In this document: positions 46,852-55,800 of the stretch, in pieces
How the letters are laid out: each line of letters begins with the position of its first letter
Numbering within the stretch: the first letter of the stretch is position 1
The notes under the pieces: model-generated
The model's input: the letters and a program-made list of their open reading frames with translations, nothing else
What the model was told of the DNA's origin: nothing
The model's database searches: none
DNA from: Bacteroidales bacterium
GTDB lineage: Bacteria > Bacteroidota > Bacteroidia > Bacteroidales > JAADJA01
Direction: 5' to 3'
NCBI GenBank assembly: GCA_020438105.1
Contig: JAGQVE010000005.1
Location: 3,473-67,472 of the forward strand
Length of the DNA stretch: 64,000 nucleotides
Program-made: the position numbers and the translations under genes

Positions 46852-49800
46852 ATGAAAAAGCTTGTACAATCACTTACCTTTCAACTTAAAACTTCAATAT
46901 TGATACTTGGATTGGCTGTTTTTATTCAGGGCATTTTTGCTGAAGAATATAAATACGAGGATAGCTGGAGTAAAGCCGGTTACACCTTAAACACGCAAAC
47001 AAGATCAAACGTAGTAGTAAACTATTCGATCCAGTCTTTTTCAATAAATGATATGCTGATCAATGGTGAATCTATGGTAGATGTTCAGCTGCCAGGTCAG
47101 CTTCTGTTTAATGATGAGGGTGCTCCTAACCTCCCTGGTTCAGGCCGCTACATTGCTGTTCCGCAAGGGGCTACAGCGTCTGTTAAAATTGTTAATTACA
47201 GAGTGGAATCATTTCAAAATGTAAATGTAATGCCGGCCCCGCGTATTCCATGGGCAAATGAAGACCAGCCTCTTGAATACAATAAAAACCTGTCGATTTA
47301 TACAAAGGATGAATTTTATCCGAACGAACCGGTTAAAATATCTGCTCCTGATCAAATCAGGGGTGTTGATGTTGTTATGCTGGGAATTACCCCTTTCCAG
47401 TATAATCCAGTTACAAAGGAATTATTGGTATACAGGGATATTGAGGTTGAGATAAGTTTTGATGGCGGAAGTGGACAATTTGGTGAAAACAGGCTCCGAA
47501 GCCGCTGGTGGGATCCAATTTTGGCAGATGCTTTGCTAAACTATAACTCACTTCCCAAAATAGATTATAATAAATCCTTTCAGGCTACTGAAGATGCGGG
47601 TTGCGAATACCTGATCATTTCCCCTACAGGACCTGAGTTTTTACAATGGGCCGACTCTATCAGGGAGTTCCGTACAATGCAGGGTATTCAAACCATGGTA
47701 GTTACATTGGATGATATTGGGGGAAACAATGCAGTTACCATTGAAAACTATATCAATGACGCTTATGCAAACTGGGATGTAGTGCCTTCAGCGATTCTTT
47801 TGTTTGGAGATTATGGAACCAATGCTACAAATAGCGTCGTTTCACCGATTTATAACAACTATTGCGTTTCCGACAATATTTATGGAGATATCAATGGTAA
47901 CCAAATGCCCGATATTATTACTGCTCGAATGACTGCAAATAATGCAACTCAGGTTGAGACTATGGTAACCAAGTTCATTCATTATGAACGCACACCCCCA
48001 ACGGACCCTGATTTTTATGATCACCCGATTTCATGCCTGGGTTTCCAAACAGAAAGGTGGTTCCAGATATGTATCGAATCTGTTTCCGGATTCTGGGAAA
48101 ACGTTTTAGGAAAATCACCTCAACGCGAATATGCTATTTATAGTGGTTCACCGGGAAGCTCCTGGTCAAGTGCAACAAACACAGCCACCGTAGTTAATTA
48201 TTTCGGGCCTAACGGGTTGGGATACATCCCTGCAACACCTGGTGCCATTAATGCATCGTGGAATGCCACAGGTAGTTCGGTAGCTTCGGCCATTAATAGT
48301 GGCGGATTTATCTTATTGCATCGCGACCATGGCGCAGAAACTCTTTGGGGTGAGCCGGGTTTCTCAAACAGCAACGTCAATAGCCTTAACAATACTGACC
48401 TTTCATATATCTGGTCGGTAAATTGTTTAACAGGAAAATATAACTATTCAGGTGAATGCCTTGTTGAAAAACTGCACAGACATACTTCAGGTGGAAATAA
48501 TTCAGGTGCTCTTGGAGCCATTGGCGACTCTGAAGTTTCATATTCATTTGTTAATGATACTTATGTATGGGGTGCATTTGATTTTATGTGGCCCGAATTT
48601 ATGCCCGATTATGGTTCAACACCCACCGAAAGAGGATTGATGCCATCGTTTGCTAATGCAGCTGGCAAATATTTTCTTCAGGCTTCCAGCTGGCCTTATA
48701 ATGTCAGCAACAAAGAAGTTACTTATCACCTATTCCATCATCACGGAGATGGTTTTCTTACTTTATATTCAGAGGTACCTCAAAATTTAACAGTTGCTCA
48801 TAATCCTGTTCTTTACGCAGGTGTAACAAGCTTTGATGTAACTGCAAATGAAGGAGCTTTAATAGCTTTAACTGTAAATGGTGAGATCATTGGAACCGCT
48901 TTAGGAACTGGTGCTCCCGTAAGCATTGATATTCCCGGCCAGGTACCACCGGATGAGGTAATTGTAACCATAACCCTGCAAAATTATTACCGATATACAG
49001 GAACCGTTGAGGTTATTCCTCCTACTGGTCCTTATGTAGTACAGCAGGCTTTTACTTTGAACGACAATACAGGTGGAAACGGAAACGGTATGATGGATTA
49101 TGGTGAATCAACCATGCTTTCACTTACTGTTGAAAATGTTGGCGTTGAGCAGGCAGATAATGTAGTAGTTACTTTATCTACTACAGATGAATTTATTACC
49201 ATTACCGACGGTGAAGAAACTTACGGTTCAATCGCTGCAGGTGGAACCTTGTTAATCGACGATGGTTTTGCATTTGACGTAGCCAATGATATACCTGACG
49301 GGCACCTCGTATCATTTGAAGTTACCGCTACCGATGGAACCGATACCTGGGTCAGCTACACCTCAGTACAGGGCCATGCACCGGTTCTGGAGTATGTAGA
49401 TTTTGAAATTGATGATTCCTCCGGAAATAACAATGGTAAAATTGATCCGGGTGAAACCGTTGATATCACTATTGAAATTGAAAATACCGGTACTTCTGAA
49501 GCCTATAATATCATGGGTGAAATTGATGTGGTAGATCCTTATTTATCGGTTGTATCAGCAACCGGTGATTTTGGTGATCTTACTGGCGGTTCCACCAATA
49601 CCGCTACCTTCAGTGTGGCTGCAAACGCATCGACCCCAGCCGGTCATTTGGTGACCATTGATTTTGCCATGGCTGCAGATCTTGATATCACAGGAAGCGG
49701 TGAGTTTGATGTTGTAATTGGTCAAATTCCGGTTATGATTTTGGATCTTGATGCAAACAATAACTCTGCCCCGGGAATGGAAGCAGCTTTAGCAGATATG

Positions 49801-51123
49801 GATGTAGCCTACGAAGTTCTCAATTCATTTCCTGCTGATTTGAATCTCTATTCAACCATTTTCGTTTGTTTGGGTATTTACCAGGACAACCATGTATTAA
49901 CCTCCGTCGAAGGATCAGCACTTGCTGCTTATCTCAATGCTGGTGGTAACCTCTATATGGAAGGTGGTGATACCTGGGCTTATGATAGTCCAACGGCTGT
50001 TCATTCAATGTTTAATATTAATGGTGTTGCCGACGGAAATGCCGATATGGGAACCATCCTTGGTCAGTCAGGTACGTTTACTGAAGACATGACATTTAGT
50101 TATGCTGGTGATAACGCCTGGATGGACCACCTGGCTCCGATTGGTGATGCATTTGAAATCCTTAATAATGAAAGCCCGGCATACTCAACAGGTATTGCTT
50201 ATGCTGAAGGAAATTACAATACCATTGGTACTTCCCATGAATTTGGTGGATTAACGGATGGTGCTTCACCAAGTACAAAAGCTGAATTAATGGCAGCTTA
50301 TCTTGATTTCTTCGGAATGGCCATGTCGATACAAGCAATGTTCAGTTCAGATGTTACTGAAGTTTGTACAGGCGATGTTGTTGAGTTTTATGATCAATCA
50401 TCAGGTGATATCGTAATGTGGAGCTGGACTTTTGAAGGAGCTACGCCAGGTACATCAACAGCTCAAAATCCGGTGGTTTCCTATTCAAATACGGGTACTT
50501 ATGATGTAACATTAGAAGTTTCTGATGGTGATGAAACGGTTTCCATTACTCTTGAAGATTATATTACTGTTATAGATTCACCCGAACAGGCGTCAACTCC
50601 TGAGGGTGAAGCAGAAATTTGTACCAATACAGTATTAACTTCTGAATATACCACTACCGGAGTAGCTGAAGCTGATTATTACATGTGGGAAATTTCACCT
50701 GCTGAGGCAGGAACAATATCAGGAGATGGAATGATAGCAACAGTTGAATGGACTGAGAACTGGGAAGGCGCTGCATTTATTAAAGTTAAAGCTGTTAACG
50801 ATTGTGGTGAAGGAGATTTCTCTGATGAATTTGAGGTTATGTGCTCCATCTGTACAGGAGTTAATGAAATTGCAAACATCGAAGGAGTTAAAATTTATCC
50901 GAATCCATCCAGTGGTCAGTTTACAATTCAGTTCAACAAAAACATTGGAACAACCGATGTTCAAATTGTAAACCTGCTGAGTGATGTTGTGTATTCAGCA
51001 CAAACTGAAACTGCAAGCGGAAACGCTCTTGAAATCGACCTCGGTGAACTTGCGGATGGTATTTATTTTGTTAAATTGAAAAACAACTTTAATGAGCACA
51101 TTCAAAAGATTGTGATCAGATAA
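46852..51123 (+). CDS. C25 (gingipain-like) cysteine peptidase paralog, T9SS cargo
   Basis: Signal peptide. It is collinear with the 27321 and 31093 genes through the catalytic region (LLHRDHGAETLWGEP, SVNCLTGKY). Ig-like repeats, the alpha/beta-looking module (about 49728-50320), a PKD-like domain, an Ig-like CGEG module and a type-A CTD follow. Confidence 0.85.
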   Translation: MKKLVQSLTFQLKTSILILGLAVFIQGIFAEEYKYEDSWSKAGYTLNTQTRSNVVVNYSIQSFSINDMLINGESMVDVQLPGQLLFNDEGAPNLPGSGRYIAVPQGATASVKIVNYRVESFQNVNVMPAPRIPWANEDQPLEYNKNLSIYTKDEFYPNEPVKISAPDQIRGVDVVMLGITPFQYNPVTKELLVYRDIEVEISFDGGSGQFGENRLRSRWWDPILADALLNYNSLPKIDYNKSFQATEDAGCEYLIISPTGPEFLQWADSIREFRTMQGIQTMVVTLDDIGGNNAVTIENYINDAYANWDVVPSAILLFGDYGTNATNSVVSPIYNNYCVSDNIYGDINGNQMPDIITARMTANNATQVETMVTKFIHYERTPPTDPDFYDHPISCLGFQTERWFQICIESVSGFWENVLGKSPQREYAIYSGSPGSSWSSATNTATVVNYFGPNGLGYIPATPGAINASWNATGSSVASAINSGGFILLHRDHGAETLWGEPGFSNSNVNSLNNTDLSYIWSVNCLTGKYNYSGECLVEKLHRHTSGGNNSGALGAIGDSEVSYSFVNDTYVWGAFDFMWPEFMPDYGSTPTERGLMPSFANAAGKYFLQASSWPYNVSNKEVTYHLFHHHGDGFLTLYSEVPQNLTVAHNPVLYAGVTSFDVTANEGALIALTVNGEIIGTALGTGAPVSIDIPGQVPPDEVIVTITLQNYYRYTGTVEVIPPTGPYVVQQAFTLNDNTGGNGNGMMDYGESTMLSLTVENVGVEQADNVVVTLSTTDEFITITDGEETYGSIAAGGTLLIDDGFAFDVANDIPDGHLVSFEVTATDGTDTWVSYTSVQGHAPVLEYVDFEIDDSSGNNNGKIDPGETVDITIEIENTGTSEAYNIMGEIDVVDPYLSVVSATGDFGDLTGGSTNTATFSVAANASTPAGHLVTIDFAMAADLDITGSGEFDVVIGQIPVMILDLDANNNSAPGMEAALADMDVAYEVLNSFPADLNLYSTIFVCLGIYQDNHVLTSVEGSALAAYLNAGGNLYMEGGDTWAYDSPTAVHSMFNINGVADGNADMGTILGQSGTFTEDMTFSYAGDNAWMDHLAPIGDAFEILNNESPAYSTGIAYAEGNYNTIGTSHEFGGLTDGASPSTKAELMAAYLDFFGMAMSIQAMFSSDVTEVCTGDVVEFYDQSSGDIVMWSWTFEGATPGTSTAQNPVVSYSNTGTYDVTLEVSDGDETVSITLEDYITVIDSPEQASTPEGEAEICTNTVLTSEYTTTGVAEADYYMWEISPAEAGTISGDGMIATVEWTENWEGAAFIKVKAVNDCGEGDFSDEFEVMCSICTGVNEIANIEGVKIYPNPSSGQFTIQFNKNIGTTDVQIVNLLSDVVYSAQTETASGNALEIDLGELADGIYFVKLKNNFNEHIQKIVIR

Positions 51124-51151
51124 TGTTTGGTGTTTAAAACCAAACAATTAC

Positions 51152-51197
51152 GAAAATTGCGTAAATTTAGTCAGATGATTAGGATTGCGCAATTTTC
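51152..51197. repeat. 10-bp perfect inverted repeat with 26-nt spacer in the intergenic region
   Basis: GAAAATTGCG (51152-51161) and CGCAATTTTC (51188-51197) lie 37 nt upstream of the ATG at 51234. This could be an operator or an atypical terminator. Confidence 0.3.
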
Positions 51198-51233
51198 ATT
51201 AATTTTACCAACTCAAATTTTATAAATAAAAAC

Positions 51234-52775
51234 ATGAAATTAAATTTACACTTTTCAGCATTGATCTTTGTTTTCGCTGTATTTATTGCAGCTTCATCAA
51301 TGCAAGCCCAATCAACCAAAGGTGGTATCAAAGCCGACATAATCGAAGATTTTGAAACCGGTGATTTTTCCCAATTTGATTGGCAATTATCAGGAAACTC
51401 CAACTGGTCAGTTGTGGATGCAAGTCCATATGAAGGTTTATTTTGTGCAAGATCAGGCATTATAACGCATAGCCAGAGTACAACACTTGAGCTGGAATAT
51501 GAAGTATATGCAGAAGATGTCCTGTCTTTTTGGTATAAAGTTTCAAGTGAAAATAATTACGATTACTTAACTTTTTATATTGACAATGTTGAAATTGACG
51601 CATGGGCCGGCACCGTTCCATGGACATTGTTTGAATATACAGTTCCGGTTGGAACACATACTTTTAAATGGGTTTATGATAAAGATGGAAGTGTTTCATC
51701 AGGCGAGGATGCTTGCTGGATTGATTTCATCACTTTCCCCCCGATGCAAATTGAAGCCTTCTTTACTACAGATACGGTTGCGATTTGTAAAGGTGAACCT
51801 GTTCAATACTTCGATCAATCTATCGGTCCTGTTACTGAATGGAACTGGACATTCGAGGGAGCTACCCCAACAACATCTACTAACCAAAATCCCTGGGTCG
51901 CATATGCTCAAACCGGTTATTTTGATGTCCTGTTAGAGGTGTCTGATGGTATTGAATCATCTTCTTATTATGCTGCAGAATATATGGAGGTACAGGAAGT
52001 ATTGCAAACTGCCAATATGCCTTCAGGCATCAGCCTTTTATGTGCAAGTTGGGGTAATTCAACGTATAATACTGCACCTGTTACCGGGGCAAGTTCATAT
52101 AACTGGACAATTTCACCAGAAGAAGCCGGCACCATTTCAGGTAATGGAGGAACAAATATTACTTTAATGTGGGCACCCGATTTTCTTGGAACGGCTGAAT
52201 TGAGAGTAGCGGGAGTAAACTATTGTGGAACCGGAGTTTATTCAAATCCTTTAAACATTACGCGTTATCTTCCAGATGTAAATTTGATCGTTCCGGCATA
52301 TGTTGCCATTTCTACCCCTGCTTTTGAATTAACTGGTGGCACCCCCGCAGGTGGAACTTATTCCGGACCCGGTGTTTCCAATGGTATGTTTGACCCTTCG
52401 GTTGCTGGATTAGGAGAGCACACGATCACCTACACTTTTACAGATGTAAATTTCTGTACAAACACAGCCACTGATTTGCTTACAGTAACACAATTTACCG
52501 GTTATGAAAATATAGCAGAGAAAAGTGGTGTGCATGTTTATCCAAATCCCAGCGAAGGAATGTTTACACTTCGTTTGAACCAATTGGATGAGCAGGAAGT
52601 AAATCTGGTTGTTTATAACGCATTGAGTGATGTTGTATACATTAAAGAAGGTTTGTTATTGACCGAACAACACAGAAGCGTTATTAACCTCAGCGAACTG
52701 CCAAAAGGAGTTTATTATTTGAAAATTTCCGGTAAAAACCTTGATTCAGTTCAGAAATTAGTAATTCAGAAATAA
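51234..52775 (+). CDS. non-catalytic multi-domain T9SS cargo protein (jelly-roll-like + PKD-like + Ig-like modules)
   Basis: Signal peptide. It has the jelly-roll-like module (51340-51742), a PKD-like domain (WNWTFEGATPTTSTNQNPWVAY), a CGTG Ig-like module, a GGTPAGGTYSGPGVSNGMFDP module shared with the 43028 gene, and a type-A CTD. No protease motif was seen. Confidence 0.75.
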   Translation: MKLNLHFSALIFVFAVFIAASSMQAQSTKGGIKADIIEDFETGDFSQFDWQLSGNSNWSVVDASPYEGLFCARSGIITHSQSTTLELEYEVYAEDVLSFWYKVSSENNYDYLTFYIDNVEIDAWAGTVPWTLFEYTVPVGTHTFKWVYDKDGSVSSGEDACWIDFITFPPMQIEAFFTTDTVAICKGEPVQYFDQSIGPVTEWNWTFEGATPTTSTNQNPWVAYAQTGYFDVLLEVSDGIESSSYYAAEYMEVQEVLQTANMPSGISLLCASWGNSTYNTAPVTGASSYNWTISPEEAGTISGNGGTNITLMWAPDFLGTAELRVAGVNYCGTGVYSNPLNITRYLPDVNLIVPAYVAISTPAFELTGGTPAGGTYSGPGVSNGMFDPSVAGLGEHTITYTFTDVNFCTNTATDLLTVTQFTGYENIAEKSGVHVYPNPSEGMFTLRLNQLDEQEVNLVVYNALSDVVYIKEGLLLTEQHRSVINLSELPKGVYYLKISGKNLDSVQKLVIQK

Positions 52776-52791
52776 AAAATTTAAATCCCAA

Positions 52792-52833
52792 AGAAAACCT
52801 GCAAATTACCACTTTGCAGGTTTTCTGTTTTTT
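52792..52833. terminator. rho-independent terminator
   Basis: AGAAAACCTGCAAA-TTACCAC-TTTGCAGGTTTTCT: a 14-bp perfect stem followed by GTTTTTT. Confidence 0.85.
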
Positions 52834-52892
52834 ATGACTTATCTTATCCTGAAAATATCTTAATTTCACTTGCCAGATTCAACATTACTACA

Positions 52893-55800
52893 ATGAAAAA
52901 ATATACCTCAAAAAGTATTATACTTTTAATAGTTTTAATAAGCTCGCTCATGGCTGTTGCTCAGGAGAAAAAACCTCAAAGTTTTGCCGAGCTGGCTCCC
53001 TTATCGGTTGAAGATTCTATTAATCTGGTTAACCTGCCTGAATTAACTTTACCATCCTGGCTACAGGGACCCGATGCTATCACCCTGCCACCTGTAGTAG
53101 ATAATTCAACAAATATGTACTGGCGGCCGGTTTTTGCACAAGTGGCACTGGAGTGTGGTCAGGCAAGTGGTATTGGTCTTGGATATACTTATGCTGTAAA
53201 CCGCGAAAGAGATCTTGCAAGTAATATAGAGGATAATCAATATGCAACACATTTTACCTGGAATTTTGGGAATGGAGGAGAAGGCTGGTATGGTGTGAGT
53301 TATTTTCACAGTTTCGAGATCGTTAAAACACTGGGAACCCCTGATGTACCTACTTATGGCGGTATGTCTGCTGGAGGGGGTTCGCGATGGATGAGTGGTT
53401 ATGATGCATATTATGCTTCCATGAAAAACCGATTATATGAAGTGTACCAGATTGATGTTTCAACCCCTGAAGGAATTCAAACGGCTAAAAACTGGCTTCA
53501 TAATCACCTTGATGGATCAGAGATTGGAGGTGTAGCCAACTTTTACACCAATGCACCCTGGGGAATGCAAACCCTGCCGACAGGTACACCAGAAGCCGGT
53601 AAATATGTGATGACCAGTTGGGGTTCAGCTAATCATGCCCTTTGTGTTTCAGGGTATCATGATTCCATTTGCTGGGATTACAACAATGATGGGCTGTATA
53701 CCAATAACCTGGATATAAATGGTGACGGATATGTAGATGTAAGGGATTGGGAAATTGGTGGATTCAGATTTGCAAATACTTACAGTGGTGGCCCCTCTTT
53801 TGGCAATGACGGGTTTTGTTATATGACTTATAAATCTTGTGCCGATCCGTATGGATCAGGTGGAATATGGAACAATGCACTTCATGTAATTTATGCCAAG
53901 GAAAATGCATCACCTTTGCTAACAGCCAGGGTTTCAATTAAGGATGTTTGCCGGAATACGTTGCGTGTAAGGGTTGGCGTTTCAACAAATCTTAGTTCAG
54001 AGTCACCGGAATACATAATTGGGTTCCCGGTTTTTAATTTTCAGGGAGCGTGTAAATATATGCAGGGTGGTACATCCGAAGAAGATAAAACCATTGAATT
54101 TGGATTGGATTTAACCCCGTTAATCAATTTTGTTGGCCCCGGAACACCCGCAAGGTACTTCCTTTTGGTGGATGAAGACGATCCTAATGGCTGGGGTTAC
54201 GGTCAGGTTGTACAGTTTTCTGTTATTGATTATACCAATGGCGTGAATGAAATTGATTGTGGTCAAAATAACATTACAATTATTAACAATGGAACCACCA
54301 AACTATGGGTTGATCATACAGTTGACTTCACCAATGTGGAAATTGATATGGATGAACTGCCTGCAGCTACCGTATATGAGCCCTATTCTGCCAATCTAAC
54401 TGCCACAAGTGGTACGGAGCCCTATTATTGGGATTTTGACCAAAACTTCACTGAAACATCAGGAACTACCACCTTTCCCGCAGTTAATGGTGAACTACTT
54501 TCTCCAGGCGGAGGTTTTGTAACTAAAAATCTTGAATTCGACTTTCCTTTTTATGATAATTCTTATTCTTCTGTTCGCTTATATGCCGATGGTTACATCA
54601 TGTTTGAAAATGAATTTACCTGGCCTTACCAGGTTTATGATTTCCTGAAGTTTACCAAAAATAAATTCATTGCTCCCTTTATGGCCGACCTCACGGTTTC
54701 CACTTCATCCGGAGGTGGTATTTGGTACGAGGGCGATCAAAATTCCGCTACATTCAGGTGGAAGGGATATGTAACTGGATATGCATCCGGTTCGGATGTA
54801 AACTTTGCCGTAAAACTTTTTAAAAATGGTGATATCAGGTTTTTTTATGGCTCCAATGAATTTCCTGAAATAGAATGGAAAGCGGGTATTTCTGCCGGAA
54901 ATAATAAATATTACCAGTTTGCTGAGTTGAGTGGTGCATTGTCAATTCCACTCAATACAGTCATTGATTTTGATGCAGTTAAGCCACCCGATGGTTTTTA
55001 TGTGAATAGTGAGGGTACATTGGAGGGATTGCCTGATCAAACTTATGATAACTACCCTGTGAAATTGATGGTACTTGACCAGAACAATCTGAAAGATAGT
55101 AAGATTGTATATCTCTCTACAGATGGCTCTAATTATCTTGTTATAGATGATAATCTGGTTTCGGCTGGTGGAGATGAAATTATTGAAGCTGGTGAAACAG
55201 TGTCGCTTACGGTTTCGGTAAAAAACCTGGGTGAAGAAACAATAACAGGTGTTAATATGAGTATTTCCTGCCCTGATGATCTTGTTGAGTTGAATGACAG
55301 CACAGAATTTTTGGGTGACTTTGAGCCGGGTGAAACCATAACTTTTAACGGGGCATTTTCTTTTGATGTTAGCGACCTTGTGCCCGATCAATATAATATT
55401 GACATCAACACCCTCATCGAAGATGATTCAGGAGATGACTGGAGCAGCCATATCTATCTTACAGCCTATGCACCCGATTTATATGTGGGTACATCCTACA
55501 TTGAGGATGGGGAAAATGGCAGCCTTGATCCGGGAGAAACGGCCAGCCTGATCGTAAAAATTGTAAATGGGGGTGGCGCAACTGCAAACGATGTGGAGGG
55601 TCTGTTATCTACATCCGATCCATTTATAACCATTAACAATGGCACTTCAATTGCCAACCAGATCAACCCCTATTCATTCGGTTCTTTTAGTTTTGAAATT
55701 GCTGCCGATGAATCAGCTCCAATTGGATATATTGCCGAATTTGATTTGGCTTATTCGGCCCCCGGAGGTATTTCGGGATCGGGTGAAGTTTCAGTGATCA

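Noticed and set aside
51179-51460. A 93-aa minus-strand ORF spanning the intergenic region and the start of the 51234 gene.
   Set aside because: It overlaps the signal-peptide-encoding 5' end of a well-supported gene on the other strand. It has no recognisable motif and no promoter or terminator context.
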